Shown here: positions 53,970-64,000 of the stretch, one piece after another
How the letters are laid out: the number at the start of each line of letters is the position of its first letter
Numbering within the stretch: position 1 is the stretch's first letter
DNA from: an uncultured delta proteobacterium
GTDB lineage: Bacteria > Desulfobacterota > Binatia > UBA9968
DNA length: 64,000 bases
Direction: 5' to 3'
Assembly: GCA_963816145.1 (NCBI GenBank)
Contig: CAWFJP010000024.1
Span: 48,929 to 112,928 of the forward strand
Notes under the pieces: generated by a model
Database searches by the model: none
What the model was told of the DNA's origin: nothing
What the model saw: the letters and a program-made list of their open reading frames with translations, nothing else
Program-made: the position numbers and the translations under genes

Positions 53970-55523
53970 TTACTTGAGCCGTTCGAGCAGATGATCGCCG
54001 ACCCGCAGCGCGTTGGCCATCGCCGTCAAAGCTGGATTGACCGCGCCGATGCTCGGGAAGAAACTCGTGTCGACGACGTAAAGGTTGTCGAGTTCGTGCG
54101 CTTTGCAATTCACATCGAGCACCGAGATCTTGGGGTCCCCGCCGAAACGGCAGGTGCCGGCCTGATGCGCCACGCCGCCAATACCGATCTCGTTCTTCAT
54201 GTAGAGATTGCGCGGGATTAAATGATTCGGATGCATGCCCAAGTGATTGAGCATGGATTTTAATTTGTCGTAGAGCTTCTGCTTGGCCACTTGATTGTTG
54301 GGCGTGTAGCTTAGCTTGATGTTGCCGTCGCGTTGCAAGGTCACGCGATTGTCCGGCATCGGCAGATCTTCCGTCGACAGCCAAAAGTCGACGGCGTGCT
54401 TGGCCACTTCATCGAGCACAAACATCGGCGCCAGCCCCGCCTCGATGGGTTTCTCGCCGCGATACATCGGTCCTTGCGACTTGCCGACCATCTGAATATT
54501 GCCCATCGGATACTCGAAGTCCTTCATGCCGAAATAGAAGTCGTTCAAGCCTAACGTTTTCTGGAAAACCGTTGGATTCGGTTCTTTGGAAACGGCCAGC
54601 ACCGCGGCGCTGTTGTGGTACATGTAGTGGCGCCCGACTTGATCGGAGCCATTGGCAAGTCCGTTGGGATGCTTGTCGTTGGCCGACAGCAGCAGCAGCT
54701 TGGCCGAATTGGCGGCGCCCGCCGAAACCACGACGATGCCCCCCTCATAGGTTTCTTTATCGCCGCCGCGTTCGACCATCACCTCGGTGACCGCTTTGCC
54801 GGTGGCATTGGTGTTGAGCTTGACCACCTTGGCGTTGGTGCGCAGCGTGACATTGGAATACTTCAACGCCGGACGCACCGCCAGCACTTCGGCGTCCGAT
54901 TTGGCGTGGACCAGGCACGGGAACCCATCGCAATCCTTGCAGCGAATGCAGGCGCTGAACGGCGGGTTGCGCTCATCGAGCATGACGCCGCAGGGGGCGT
55001 GGAACGGACGATAGCCGGCGCGCGCTAAATCGTCATGGAGCTGTTGAATGCGCGGCTCGTGCGACACCGCCGGGAACGCATACGGCGCGCTCGACGGCGG
55101 CTCGGTCGGATCTTCGCCGCGGGCGCCGCGCACTTGGTACATCCGCTCGGCCTGGGTGTAATAGGGTTCCATGTCCTCGTAGCTGATCGGCCACGCCGGC
55201 GAGATGCCGTCGTAGTGCTTCAGCTCGCCGAAGTCTTCTTTGCGTAGGCGGTAGAGCGCCGCGCCATACATTTTAGTGGCGCCGCCGACGAAATAATGGA
55301 CGCCGGGTTGAAAAGGCTGTCCCATCTTGTCGTACCAGGTTTCCTGGGGAACATAGCGGTTCTTGATGAACACCTCTTCGACGTCCCAGTTCTGCTGTTC
55401 ACGTTTCAGCCAGTCGCCGCGTTCGAGAATAAGAATGCTCTTGCCCGACGGCGCTAAATGACGCGCCAAAGTGCCGCCGCCGGCGCCGCTACCAATAATA
55501 ATAACGTCATATTTCGTGCTCAT
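53970..55523 (-). CDS. GMC family oxidoreductase
   Basis: IIGSGAGG, VGGATKMYG, AHQAGTCRFG, NPALT. Confidence 0.93.
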   Translation of the reverse strand: MSTKYDVIIIGSGAGGGTLARHLAPSGKSILILERGDWLKREQQNWDVEEVFIKNRYVPQETWYDKMGQPFQPGVHYFVGGATKMYGAALYRLRKEDFGELKHYDGISPAWPISYEDMEPYYTQAERMYQVRGARGEDPTEPPSSAPYAFPAVSHEPRIQQLHDDLARAGYRPFHAPCGVMLDERNPPFSACIRCKDCDGFPCLVHAKSDAEVLAVRPALKYSNVTLRTNAKVVKLNTNATGKAVTEVMVERGGDKETYEGGIVVVSAGAANSAKLLLLSANDKHPNGLANGSDQVGRHYMYHNSAAVLAVSKEPNPTVFQKTLGLNDFYFGMKDFEYPMGNIQMVGKSQGPMYRGEKPIEAGLAPMFVLDEVAKHAVDFWLSTEDLPMPDNRVTLQRDGNIKLSYTPNNQVAKQKLYDKLKSMLNHLGMHPNHLIPRNLYMKNEIGIGGVAHQAGTCRFGGDPKISVLDVNCKAHELDNLYVVDTSFFPSIGAVNPALTAMANALRVGDHLLERLK

Positions 55524-55680
55524 AGGGTTCTCCGTGACATATTCCTAAATCAAAATCCAAAATCCGAATTTCGAAACAAATCCAAATGATCAAAAAGCAG
55601 AAAGAGTGATGTGTGGATGAAGGGGCAAAGGTTTTCCCCTCGACACCCGACCCTCGACCCTCTTTTACCCTTCTCCGCCC

Positions 55681-58375
55681 TCACGTCCGTTCCGTTTCCG
55701 TTTTACCGACGTCCATCAGCAGCGCGGCGACCAGCGCCGTCCAGCCAGTCTGGTGGCTGGCGCCCAGGCCCATGCCGGTGTCACCATTGAAATATTCATG
55801 GAACGGAATGTAGTCGCGCCAGTGCGGATCGGTCTGGAAATAATCATTATCGCCCCATACCGCCCGGCGCCCGCCGCGGGCCGGATCGCACAGGAAAATA
55901 TTGATCAGGCGGCCGGCCAGAGTCTGTGCGGCTTCGCCCAAGGTGAGCATTTTCCCGGAGCCGCTCGGACATTCCACCTTGAATTTATCGCCGTAATAAT
56001 CATCGAACTCCTGCAACGCGCGCACCAGCATGTAGTTCACCGGAAACCAGATCGGCCCGCGCCAGTTCGAGTTGCCGCCGAAGAGCCGGCTATCCGATTC
56101 CGCCGGCAAATACTTGACGGTAAACTGCCGCCCGCCGGCAGCAAAGACATACGGGTGATCGCGGTGATAGGCCGACACCGATCGGATACCGTAGTCCGAA
56201 AAAAACTCATTGGGATCGAACATGCGCCGGAGCACGGCCTTGAGTCTTTCGTCGTTCAGGATCGCAATCAAGCGCGAATCGTCCTTGCCGGGCAGCGTTA
56301 CCGATGCAATCAGCTTGAAAAGGTCCGGACGCTTCGCCGCCAGCCAGTGCACTCGGCTGATCAGCATCGACTGGTGCGAAAATCGGCTCGGATGAAATGC
56401 CAGGACGGCAAAAAGCGGTGTTAGCCCGACCATCGTGTGGATTTTCAGCGGAATGTTTTTACCACTGGAGAGGTGCATGACATCGTAAAAAAACTGGTCC
56501 GCTTCATCCCACAGGTCGATACCCTCGCCGCTCAGGTTGGTCATGGCGTGCGCCATGTTGAGGAAGTGCTCGACGTATTTCACCGCCATTGGTTCGTAAA
56601 TCGGATCGTGTTGGGCCAGTTCGGTGGCGATGGCGAACATGTTCAAACTCAGCTTCGCCATCCAGCTCGTGCCGTCGCTTTGTTCGAGCGTGCCGCCGTC
56701 GGGCAGCGGCTGGTCGCGATCGAACACGCCGATGTTATCCATGCCGAGAAATCCGCCGCCAAAAATATCGCGCCCGTCGGCGTCCTTGCGGTTGATCCAC
56801 CAACTGTAATTGAGCATAAGGCTGTGGAACATCTCGGCGAGAAACTCATAATCCTCCTGGCCATTCTGCTCCCGGTCGTGTCGATAGACGACCAGCGCCG
56901 CCCAGGCGAGCACCGGCGGATTGACGTCGTCGAAATTCCATTCGTAAGCCGGATACTGGCCGTTGCCGTGTTGGTACCACTCGTAACCCATGCGCAAGAG
57001 TTGCCGCTTGGCGAAATCGGCATCGATGCGCGACAGAGTCACGCAATGAAAAGCCAGATCCCAACTGGCGTACCAGGGATATTCCCAGGTGTCGGGCATC
57101 AAGATCACGTCATCGTTGCTCAGATGCTTCCAGGTATGATTGCGTCCGCGCCAGCGTTCTTCGGGCGGCGGTACTTCGGTCGGATCTCCCGACAACCAGT
57201 CAAAGACGTCGTAATGATAGAACTGCTTGGACCACAACAAACCGGCAAAGGCCTGGCGCTGCACGAGACGCTGGTCCGTGCTGAGCCGGGCGGGATGCAC
57301 GGCGTTATAGAACTCATTAGCTTCCGCGATGCGCGCGGCAAAAATGGCGTCGAAATCGGCAAACGGGTCGACTTGTGGTTCGGCGGTGAGGCGCACTTCC
57401 ACTGTGAAACTAGCGCCGGGGGCAACCATCGTTTTCGCGTGCGCCGCAAGTTTGCTGCCTTGCTCGGAATTAACTCGATCCCGCGCACCATTGACGACGG
57501 CGTCATTGATACCGTCCTTTACATAGGGGGATGGATTGGGCGCGTGGTACAGCCGTTCGAGGTTCGTTTCGTTTTCGGTGAAAAGCAGATCCAGGGGTGC
57601 GGCGTCGCCCGCGCGCGCGTACCACCAACGTTCGCCCACCGCGTCGTGGTCTGTGTGTGCGACGCCGGGGCTGATCGCTTTGATCACCGCTCGCTGCATA
57701 CCCGGCTCCCACGTCCAAGCGTTGCGGTACCAAAGATGCGGCAGAACATGAATCGGCGCCGCTTCGAGACCGCGATTGATCGCGCTAATGCGGCACAGGA
57801 TGTTTTCGGAATTCGCCTTGGCATATTCGATGACGACATCGAAGTAGCGATTGACCAGGAAAGTTTCCCTTAGGGCATCGAACAGCTTGAATTCTCGTTC
57901 AGCCTGCGAGCGCTGGCCATTGACCTGCACGAGCATCTTGATACGGAAAAGCGACCTGCGGATACTTGTAGAGCATCTTCATGTAGGAATGCGTCGGCGT
58001 GCCGTCGAGATAAAAATAATACTCCTTCACATCCTCGCCATGATTCCCTTGTTGATTGGTCAAGCCGAACATCCGCTCTTTAAGGATCGGGTCCTTTTCA
58101 TTCCATAATGCCACGGCCAAGCATAGGTACTGCTTTTCGTCGCAAAAGCCGCCCATGCCGTCCTCATTCCAGCGATAAGCGCGACTGCGCGCATGATCGT
58201 GGGGAAAATAATTCCACGCGTCACCGTTGGCGCTGTAGTCCTCACGCACGGTGCCCCACGCGCGCTCGCTGAGATAGGGACCCCAACGTTTCCAATTGGA
58301 TTTGCCCGCTTGGTTTTCCAACAGGCGGCTTTGCTCAGGGTTGGGAGTCATCGGGTTAAATTGTTTATAAGACAC
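55681..58375 (-). CDS. GH63-like glucosidase (MGH1 family), frameshift near 57940
   Basis: [51 protein letters not shown]. Confidence 0.92.
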
Positions 58376-58411
58376 TGGCCCACGAGAATATTACAAAAGT
58401 TTCGGCACCTT

Positions 58412-59317
58412 TTAGTCATAAACTTCATGCTTAAAATCATTTTTTTCTCGCGCCGAGCTGGTTCGCGGCGAGTCCAGCATTCGGATGGCAAGCACGGCAA
58501 CGGGGGCGAGAAAAAGCACCGAGCCGGGCACCCACATGATCGCGCCCGCCGCGGCCTGATCATCAAGCACCGAGATGCCCGACAAGCGCGGCATCACCGC
58601 GTAGGTCGGATACAGAACCCGCTCGGAAAAAATCATAAATGCCGACAACGCGGTGTTCTGGATATCGGCGAGCAACAGATAAGGAATCATCGTCCACCGC
58701 GGCCAGCGCATGCGGCTCGGCCAGGGCTGCACCACCGGCCACCAAAACAGCAGCCCCGTGCCGAGAAAACAAATATGCTGCGCGTCGTGCCAGAAACGAG
58801 AACGCAGGGCCAGTTCATAGGCGCTCGGCAGATGCCAGACGACGTTGCTCACGGTAAATGCGAGCAAGCAAACTAGCGGCTGGGTCAGCCACCGTCCCAA
58901 TCGTTGAAACGTCGATGACCCCATGACCCGGCTCAGTCCACTTCGCACCACCGGTCTCGGCAGTCCGCGCAACAGCGGTAAGATCGGCGCGCCGAGCAGG
59001 AGCAGCGGCGGCACCACCATCATGAGCAGGAGATGTTGGATCATGTGGAATTGCAGCAGCCGTTCGGCCAACGGATGCAGCGGCGATGCCAACGCGACAA
59101 ACAATGTGAGCAGCGCGGTTTGGAACGCAGTCAGGCGCCACATCGTGAAGCGCCGCGGCAGGCGGCGATGAAGCTGCCGCCAACCTTGCAAGTACAGACC
59201 GCCGGCAAGCAGCGCGGGAATTATGATCCAGGGATCAAACGTCCACGATTGCCATAGGGCAGCGATCCCGGGATCGCGGAAGTGTGCTGCCGTTTCAACT
59301 TGTACGCCGTGGCTCAT
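58412..59317 (-). CDS. ctaG: Cytochrome c oxidase assembly protein (Caa3 CtaG family)
   Basis: HMIQHLLL, WHLP, QHICFL, DQAAAGAIMWVPG. Confidence 0.88.
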   Translation of the reverse strand: MSHGVQVETAAHFRDPGIAALWQSWTFDPWIIIPALLAGGLYLQGWRQLHRRLPRRFTMWRLTAFQTALLTLFVALASPLHPLAERLLQFHMIQHLLLMMVVPPLLLLGAPILPLLRGLPRPVVRSGLSRVMGSSTFQRLGRWLTQPLVCLLAFTVSNVVWHLPSAYELALRSRFWHDAQHICFLGTGLLFWWPVVQPWPSRMRWPRWTMIPYLLLADIQNTALSAFMIFSERVLYPTYAVMPRLSGISVLDDQAAAGAIMWVPGSVLFLAPVAVLAIRMLDSPRTSSAREKNDFKHEVYD

Positions 59318-59360
59318 TTAGCTTTTTTTCCTTGCGCGGAAAGAATTTGCATTCGAGTTT

Positions 59361-60780
59361 TCAGCCGCCCGGTGCCGCCGGAACCGACGAGTCGCGTGCC
59401 GCCGGCACATGCGCTGGCCGTAACGTCTGCATGAAAGCGACCAGCGCGCTGACCTCCGCCGGCGCCAGATTCTTTCCATAGGCGGGCATGTTGCCGCCGC
59501 CTTGAATCACCTGCCGGGTCAATTGATCGCGGGTCAGACGCGTGGCCACGTCATCGAGAGCCGGGCCGCGCAACCCGCCTTCGCCCCCCAGGCTATGACA
59601 ATTCCGGCACTGCTTTACCTGCAACACCAGCGCGCCCTGCAACTCCAACGGCGACGCGTCCTTGAGACGTACTGCACCGGAGTGGGATCGCCGCTCCACG
59701 CTTCCATGTGCGGCGACCACGGCGCATACGTCCCGAGATGACGTCAAGCTGCCGAGTGTCAGAAAAACAAAAATCACACCTAAAACAGCAATCGGCCGGC
59801 GCCGCGGACTTTTTTCTCCGGTGTTGGAAATGAACGGCAGGGCGAACAGAAGACCGATGCCGACCACCGGCGCGGTGAGCAAAAGAACCGTTCTCCATGT
59901 AGGGCGGCAATAAGGCCAACGCGGCGTAGATCCAGAGAAAGAAGAAATCCGGCGCCGGCACCGTGTCGATGTAAGTCGGGTTCGGTATCCCTCTGGTCCT
60001 TTGGGACCGAAATAGGCGGCGCAAACGAGAATACCCATCATCAGCAAGCCGCTGAACGAGATCCTTATCGATGACTTTGGATAAAACGGCACGCCCTCTT
60101 TTGAGCAGCGCGTCATATTCTGCCGCGTACGATTTCTTTTACTTCTTGGCCGGGCACGGGATCTTCATTGATCCCTTTGGCCAAAACTTAGCGCAAGTCC
60201 GGCTTCATCAGCGCGATAAGCAGTCCGGGAATGACAAACACATGCAGCGTGAAAAACCGCGACAGGTTTCACCGGCAATGATCGGGCCGCCCAAAAGTAA
60301 GTGCACGAGGTTCGGGACCGATCAGCGGGGTCCGGCCCATGATCGCCGCGCCGATACCCAGCCCCCAGTAGGCGTCCTGGTCGAAACACATGATCTGTCC
60401 GGTGAACGCCATGCCGAGTGTGAGAAGCGAGAGCACGCAGCCTGATATCCAGGTCAACTGGCGAGGATACTTGAACGCGCCGAACAAAATCCCCTGGGTG
60501 CATGAGGATGGCCATGATGCTGACCATGAAGTTGGAACCCCCAAATGCAGCGCAGAGATACCAGCCGATGGGCTGCTGATGATTCAGATACTCCAGACTG
60601 GTGAAGACCTCGTCGGCGAAGGCACGTCGACGAAGCCGACAATGCCGGTGACGATTTCCGGCACCGAAGCGCGCGATGTGCCGCTGCCGAATACATGAAC
60701 CAACTGCCGGCGTTGGCGGGCACCATATGGCCCGCGGTCGAATCGAAGGGCTCAATGCAAACGCTCATCGATCCACATGG
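59361..60780 (-). CDS. Cytochrome b with fused C-terminal cytochrome c (heavily frameshifted; ends approximate)
   Basis: FGAFKYPRQLTWISG, FTGQ...DQDAYWG, PDFFFLW, CRNCH, GGGNMPAY fragments. Confidence 0.8.
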
Positions 60781-60862
60781 CGGCTTTTCTCGACGCGTGG
60801 ATCTTCCTCCTGGGTATAAGAACGCGCTGCGACGATCAGAGCTGTCGAGGTGAGCAACAGTT

Positions 60863-60958
60863 TCCCTTTTGAAAGGGGAATTAAGGGGTATTTTTCGGCG
60901 CTGTGAAATCGTCGATTGCTACAAAAATCTGCCCTAGCCGCTCTTTTACAAAGAGGAA
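60863..60958. repeat. CCCTTT-AAAGGG REP-like pair
   Basis: TTCCCTTTTGAAAGGGGAA and CTCTTTTACAAAGAG; same family at about 36950-37330 and 40100-40200. Confidence 0.6.
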
Positions 60959-61048
60959 ATCCTGCTCTGCACCTTTTCTCTCCTCACAGCGGTTCCGACA
61001 GCGTCGGCGGACTGCCCGCCGCGCACCCACAGTTGCCCTTGCTCGATC

Positions 61049-61511
61049 TTATATTGATATTCGTAAAGCCCTCGCGGCGGCAATTACCGAGGCCTGGGAG
61101 CCATCGTCATAATAGGCGCCGCCGTCGCACGGACACATGAACAGGTGAGACTGGAGCCATTCGCACCGGACGGCCGGATGCGTGATTGATCGCGAACCTG
61201 AAATTATCGCCGAGAAGACGCGCACCGACGGGGTCCTATCCACCATCTTGCCGTCCCAAGGTGGAGTATCAATTCGGATAACTGGCTGATGGGGTCTGAT
61301 TTTGGGAAAATATGTGCGAGCACGCCGAGCATGATCCAAGACTCAGATCCGACGCTGCGAGCGGAAACTCGAGAAGACGTAGCGGTTCACGGGAGACGGC
61401 CAGCAACGTCGCCGCGACGACATTGAGAGCCGCGCCAACCCTGAATAGGAAACTGCGCCGGGTCATAGGCGCCGGCTTGCTGTGAGTAGATTCAGATTCA
61501 TTCGCGGCCAT
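61049..61511 (-). CDS. Rieske iron-sulfur subunit (frameshifted)
   Basis: Tat motif TRRSFL, LFMCPC(D)GGAYYDDGS; position next to cytochrome b. Confidence 0.72.
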
Positions 61512-61545
61512 GATAGTTACCTCTCCTGCTTACTCATGCGCCCAA

Positions 61546-61730
61546 GAGTGTTTCACCACGAAGGCACGAAGGACGCCGAAGGTTCGCAAATTAAAATCCC
61601 ACCTTCGTGCTCTTCGTGTCCTTCCATGGTGGTCTCCTTTCCGACTTTTGCGCCCTTTGCGCGCTTTTTTGCGGTTAAATCTCCGATTCCGAATCCTTTC
61701 TTTGCGTCCTGCGTTCTCTCCGGTGAAATT
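61546..61730. repeat. Second CACCACGAAG / TTTGCG composite repeat
   Basis: Colinear with 52582-52730. Confidence 0.82.
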
Positions 61731-61769
61731 TTTTCTTTCTTCACAACCAACTTATCTCTTGGTTCCACT

Positions 61770-62470
61770 TCAGCTTGCCTGTCGATGTGACACGAGCCAT
61801 CCAGCCACATCGGAAATTTCTTCCGGACTCATAGCTCGCCCGGAAATATTCGCGCGCCAATCGGGCGTACCCAGATCCGACCGCCCAACGATAACCGCCG
61901 TGCGCAACGCTTGATCGCTAGTCAGCGTTCAGGTCAGGCCGCGTCAATCACCGATCGGCCTTTGGCACCACCGTTTGCCATCCGTACCGTGGCACTGCGC
62001 GCAGTAGATTGGAACGCTGCGGCACCGCGCTGGGTGCGCCGGGAGCCGAGCCCTTGGCGATGGCATCCTGGAGTTGCTGCGGGGCGGGCGACGTTATCGA
62101 AATTTTCCGCCTTGCCCATCGCGATTTCGTCCAGTCGACCAGGATATCGATCTGCTGTCGGTGAGATTGCCGCCGCCGGTTGCGCAAACGGCGGCGCGCT
62201 GGTGTCCCGGCACTCCACGCGCGATTACTGCACGATCACAGCGGGACTGGCGAGGGCCGGATGAAGGGGATCGTTCAACGGCCGCGCCGCTCCCAGTCGT
62301 CCATCGGCACCATGACAACCGGCACAATTCCCGGCGTAGAGTCGGGAGAAGTCCGTGACCTCCGTCGCCGGCTTCCCAGCGCTCTTCCGGGTTCGGCTTT
62401 CCTGGCAAACGGTGACAACCCCATGGCCAAGATCAGCATCAATAGAAATGGCGTGGCCGTTTCGGCGCAT
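61770..62470 (-). CDS. c-type cytochrome lipoprotein (frameshifted, probably dihaem)
   Basis: LYAGNCAGCHGADG; C-terminal GRSDLGTPDWR...EEISDVAGWL. Confidence 0.7.
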
Positions 62471-62489
62471 CGTTCTGTTCCAACAGTAT

Positions 62490-63381
62490 GCTGCTCCACT
62501 CTCCAAAACTCCATTACCGTGGCTCTCCCTATCGTCCATCAACCCGGGAGCTTCCAGTCCGGCTCTCGCGGCCAGGGGCCAGGTCTGCATGGTTTCCACC
62601 ATCTCTGCATGATGCACGACATAGCCGGTCGTCATTCCGAATGCGATTTGCGAAGCGACGGAACAATGCAATCGATCCGGGCATTGAGTGCCGGATCCCG
62701 ATCAGCCGGAGTGTTGCCCAGATAGACCGACCACATCAGCGGCGACACCAGGCTTCCCCAAAAAGCGGCCCGGCGCGATGGCAGCATCGGCAGCAATACG
62801 GCGAAGAGTAAACCGACCAGCACCAGAGACACGCCATGGCTAATCAAGGCGACGATAGAATCCGCTGGCGTTGAATGCGGTCAACTGCGGCAGGAGATCG
62901 GCTTCTGCCAGGGATGGCACGCCTGCCGCAGCGAGCAGATTGATCGGATACCATAGAGCTGGATGAGCAATGACGCCGTAGACGCAGGCCACGATTGCCA
63001 TTGCGAAGCCGCCGACGATGCCGCTTCTGATGCCCGACGATCAGGATGCCGATCTTCCGCCGGGACACGAACCCGGTGCCGCCAGGCCACGCCGGGCGTT
63101 AGCTGCGCGACGGCGCGCGGCGCCGGCGTGATCGCGCCGGCGCGTTGGCTGATTGGGCGCACGCGCAGCGATTCGTGCTTTGTCCACCGGCGACGCCTCG
63201 CGGAGACCGTCCCACTGCGCCGCGCACAGCCAGCGCCAGGCAGACCAAGCTGATGACCGCTTGAGTGACCAGCCCAGCGGCGAGCAATGCAAGGCCGAGG
63301 GCAGTGAGCGAAGGGCCAGACGGTGGGCACCAGCAACGGGATGCTGCCGGAACCGGTTCTTTCTTTTTGCTCGGATGCCAT
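62490..63381 (-). CDS. Membrane protein of the respiratory cluster (very fragmented)
   Basis: Hydrophobic fragments (PTVWPF, ISHGVSLVLVGLLFAVLLPMLP); ends approximate. Confidence 0.45.
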
Positions 63382-63451
63382 CTCTCTTTCTCCAACTTTC
63401 CCTCCTTCATCCTCCCCCGCGCGACGCGGGGGAGGAGGGGTGGGGTTGCGC

Positions 63452-64000
63452 TTAACGGCCGATGATGTACACCACGGTAAAAACAATCACCCATATGGCA
63501 TCGACAAAGTGCCAGTTGCAGGAGAGCGTCGATGTGCTCGGCGTGCGCCTCTTTCACACCTACGCGCAGACTCAAAAGCAAGACCAACGTGAGCAGGATC
63601 ATGCCCACGATCATGACTGGCATGCAAGAAGCCGATGAGCAAATGAAGAGTGGTGCCGAAGATTTGTCGCGATGGTGAGATGGTCTTCAAGATCGACCTG
63701 CGCCACTCCAGCGCGGTCGAGCTTGGGACTTTTCCACCGCGAGTAAATCGTTTGACCACCAGAGCCTGAAATTTTCCGGTGTCGCCGCGTCGAAATGCGC
63801 GTTTCGGCCGGCGCCGCATGGCTGCTGGACGACAGACGAGATGGTCGCGACGATCGGCGGGATCGTCGACACTGTTCAGGATAAAGGACCGGTCGAGCTC
63901 TTACCGATATAAAACAATACGCCGTGACAAAGATCGGTGAACAGCGGCTCTTCGGTCAAGATCGGACCCGATCAAACCCAATTTGCGGCGCGATGGCAGC
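63452..64000 (-). CDS. Cytochrome c oxidase subunit III (partial, fragmented)
   Basis: LIGFLHASH, MIVGMILL, WHFVD and VFTVVYIIGR* fragments. Confidence 0.7.

Noticed and set aside
12272-57873. Long plus-strand ORFs (e.g. 12272-13792, 17554-18900, 40740-42554, 56437-57873)
   Set aside because: Antisense shadows of well-supported GC-rich minus-strand genes, with no recognisable motifs.
4660-58000. Frameshifts in RND, OprD, TRIC, aspD, DUF2950, mod, res, nucleotidase and GH63 as pseudogenes or programmed frameshifts
   Set aside because: Single-base indels hit unrelated genes without in-frame stops or shared slippery signals; long-read error is the simplest explanation. Needs polishing to confirm.
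59400-64000. Decay of the respiratory operon
   Set aside because: Error density rises steadily toward the window end across all genes, typical of low-coverage consensus.

Overview
A 64 kb GC-rich bacterial window (diderm; composition and gene style suggest an environmental Deltaproteobacteria/Binatota-like genome, which is inference only). Almost all genes are on the minus strand. Single-base frameshifts are scattered throughout and become dense after about 59.5 kb, as expected for an unpolished long-read assembly. Left to right: polyphosphate cluster (PPK2, CHAD, SixA); ion channel and tripartite RND pump; SpoIIAA-like, OprD porin, TRIC, aspT-aspD-aspT, large Orn/Lys/Arg decarboxylase, DUF2950, DUF3300; a plus-strand defence island in which a C-protein + Type III mod/res sits between the 5' and 3' stumps of an older Type III system, next to a DUF1016 relic; a sulfatase cluster (two Cys-type sulfatases, FGE, anaerobic maturase) interrupted by a GxxExxY nuclease gene and an AAA-DUF4143 gene; and a sugar-oxidation/respiratory cluster (NDH-2, glucose dehydrogenase, MFS, GMC, GH63, CtaG, cytochrome b/c, Rieske, cytochrome c, Cox3). 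The most striking unexplained structure is non-coding: at least six families of short palindromic or heptamer repeats fill the intergenic gaps. One family brackets the GxxExxY gene and has spread as gene-less copies, another starts right at host stop codons and flanks the DUF4143 gene, and small TIR/TSD elements are nested inside others. A shared TTGGAC-N4-GTCCAA palindrome precedes two of the large operons. No rRNA, tRNA or CRISPR array was seen.
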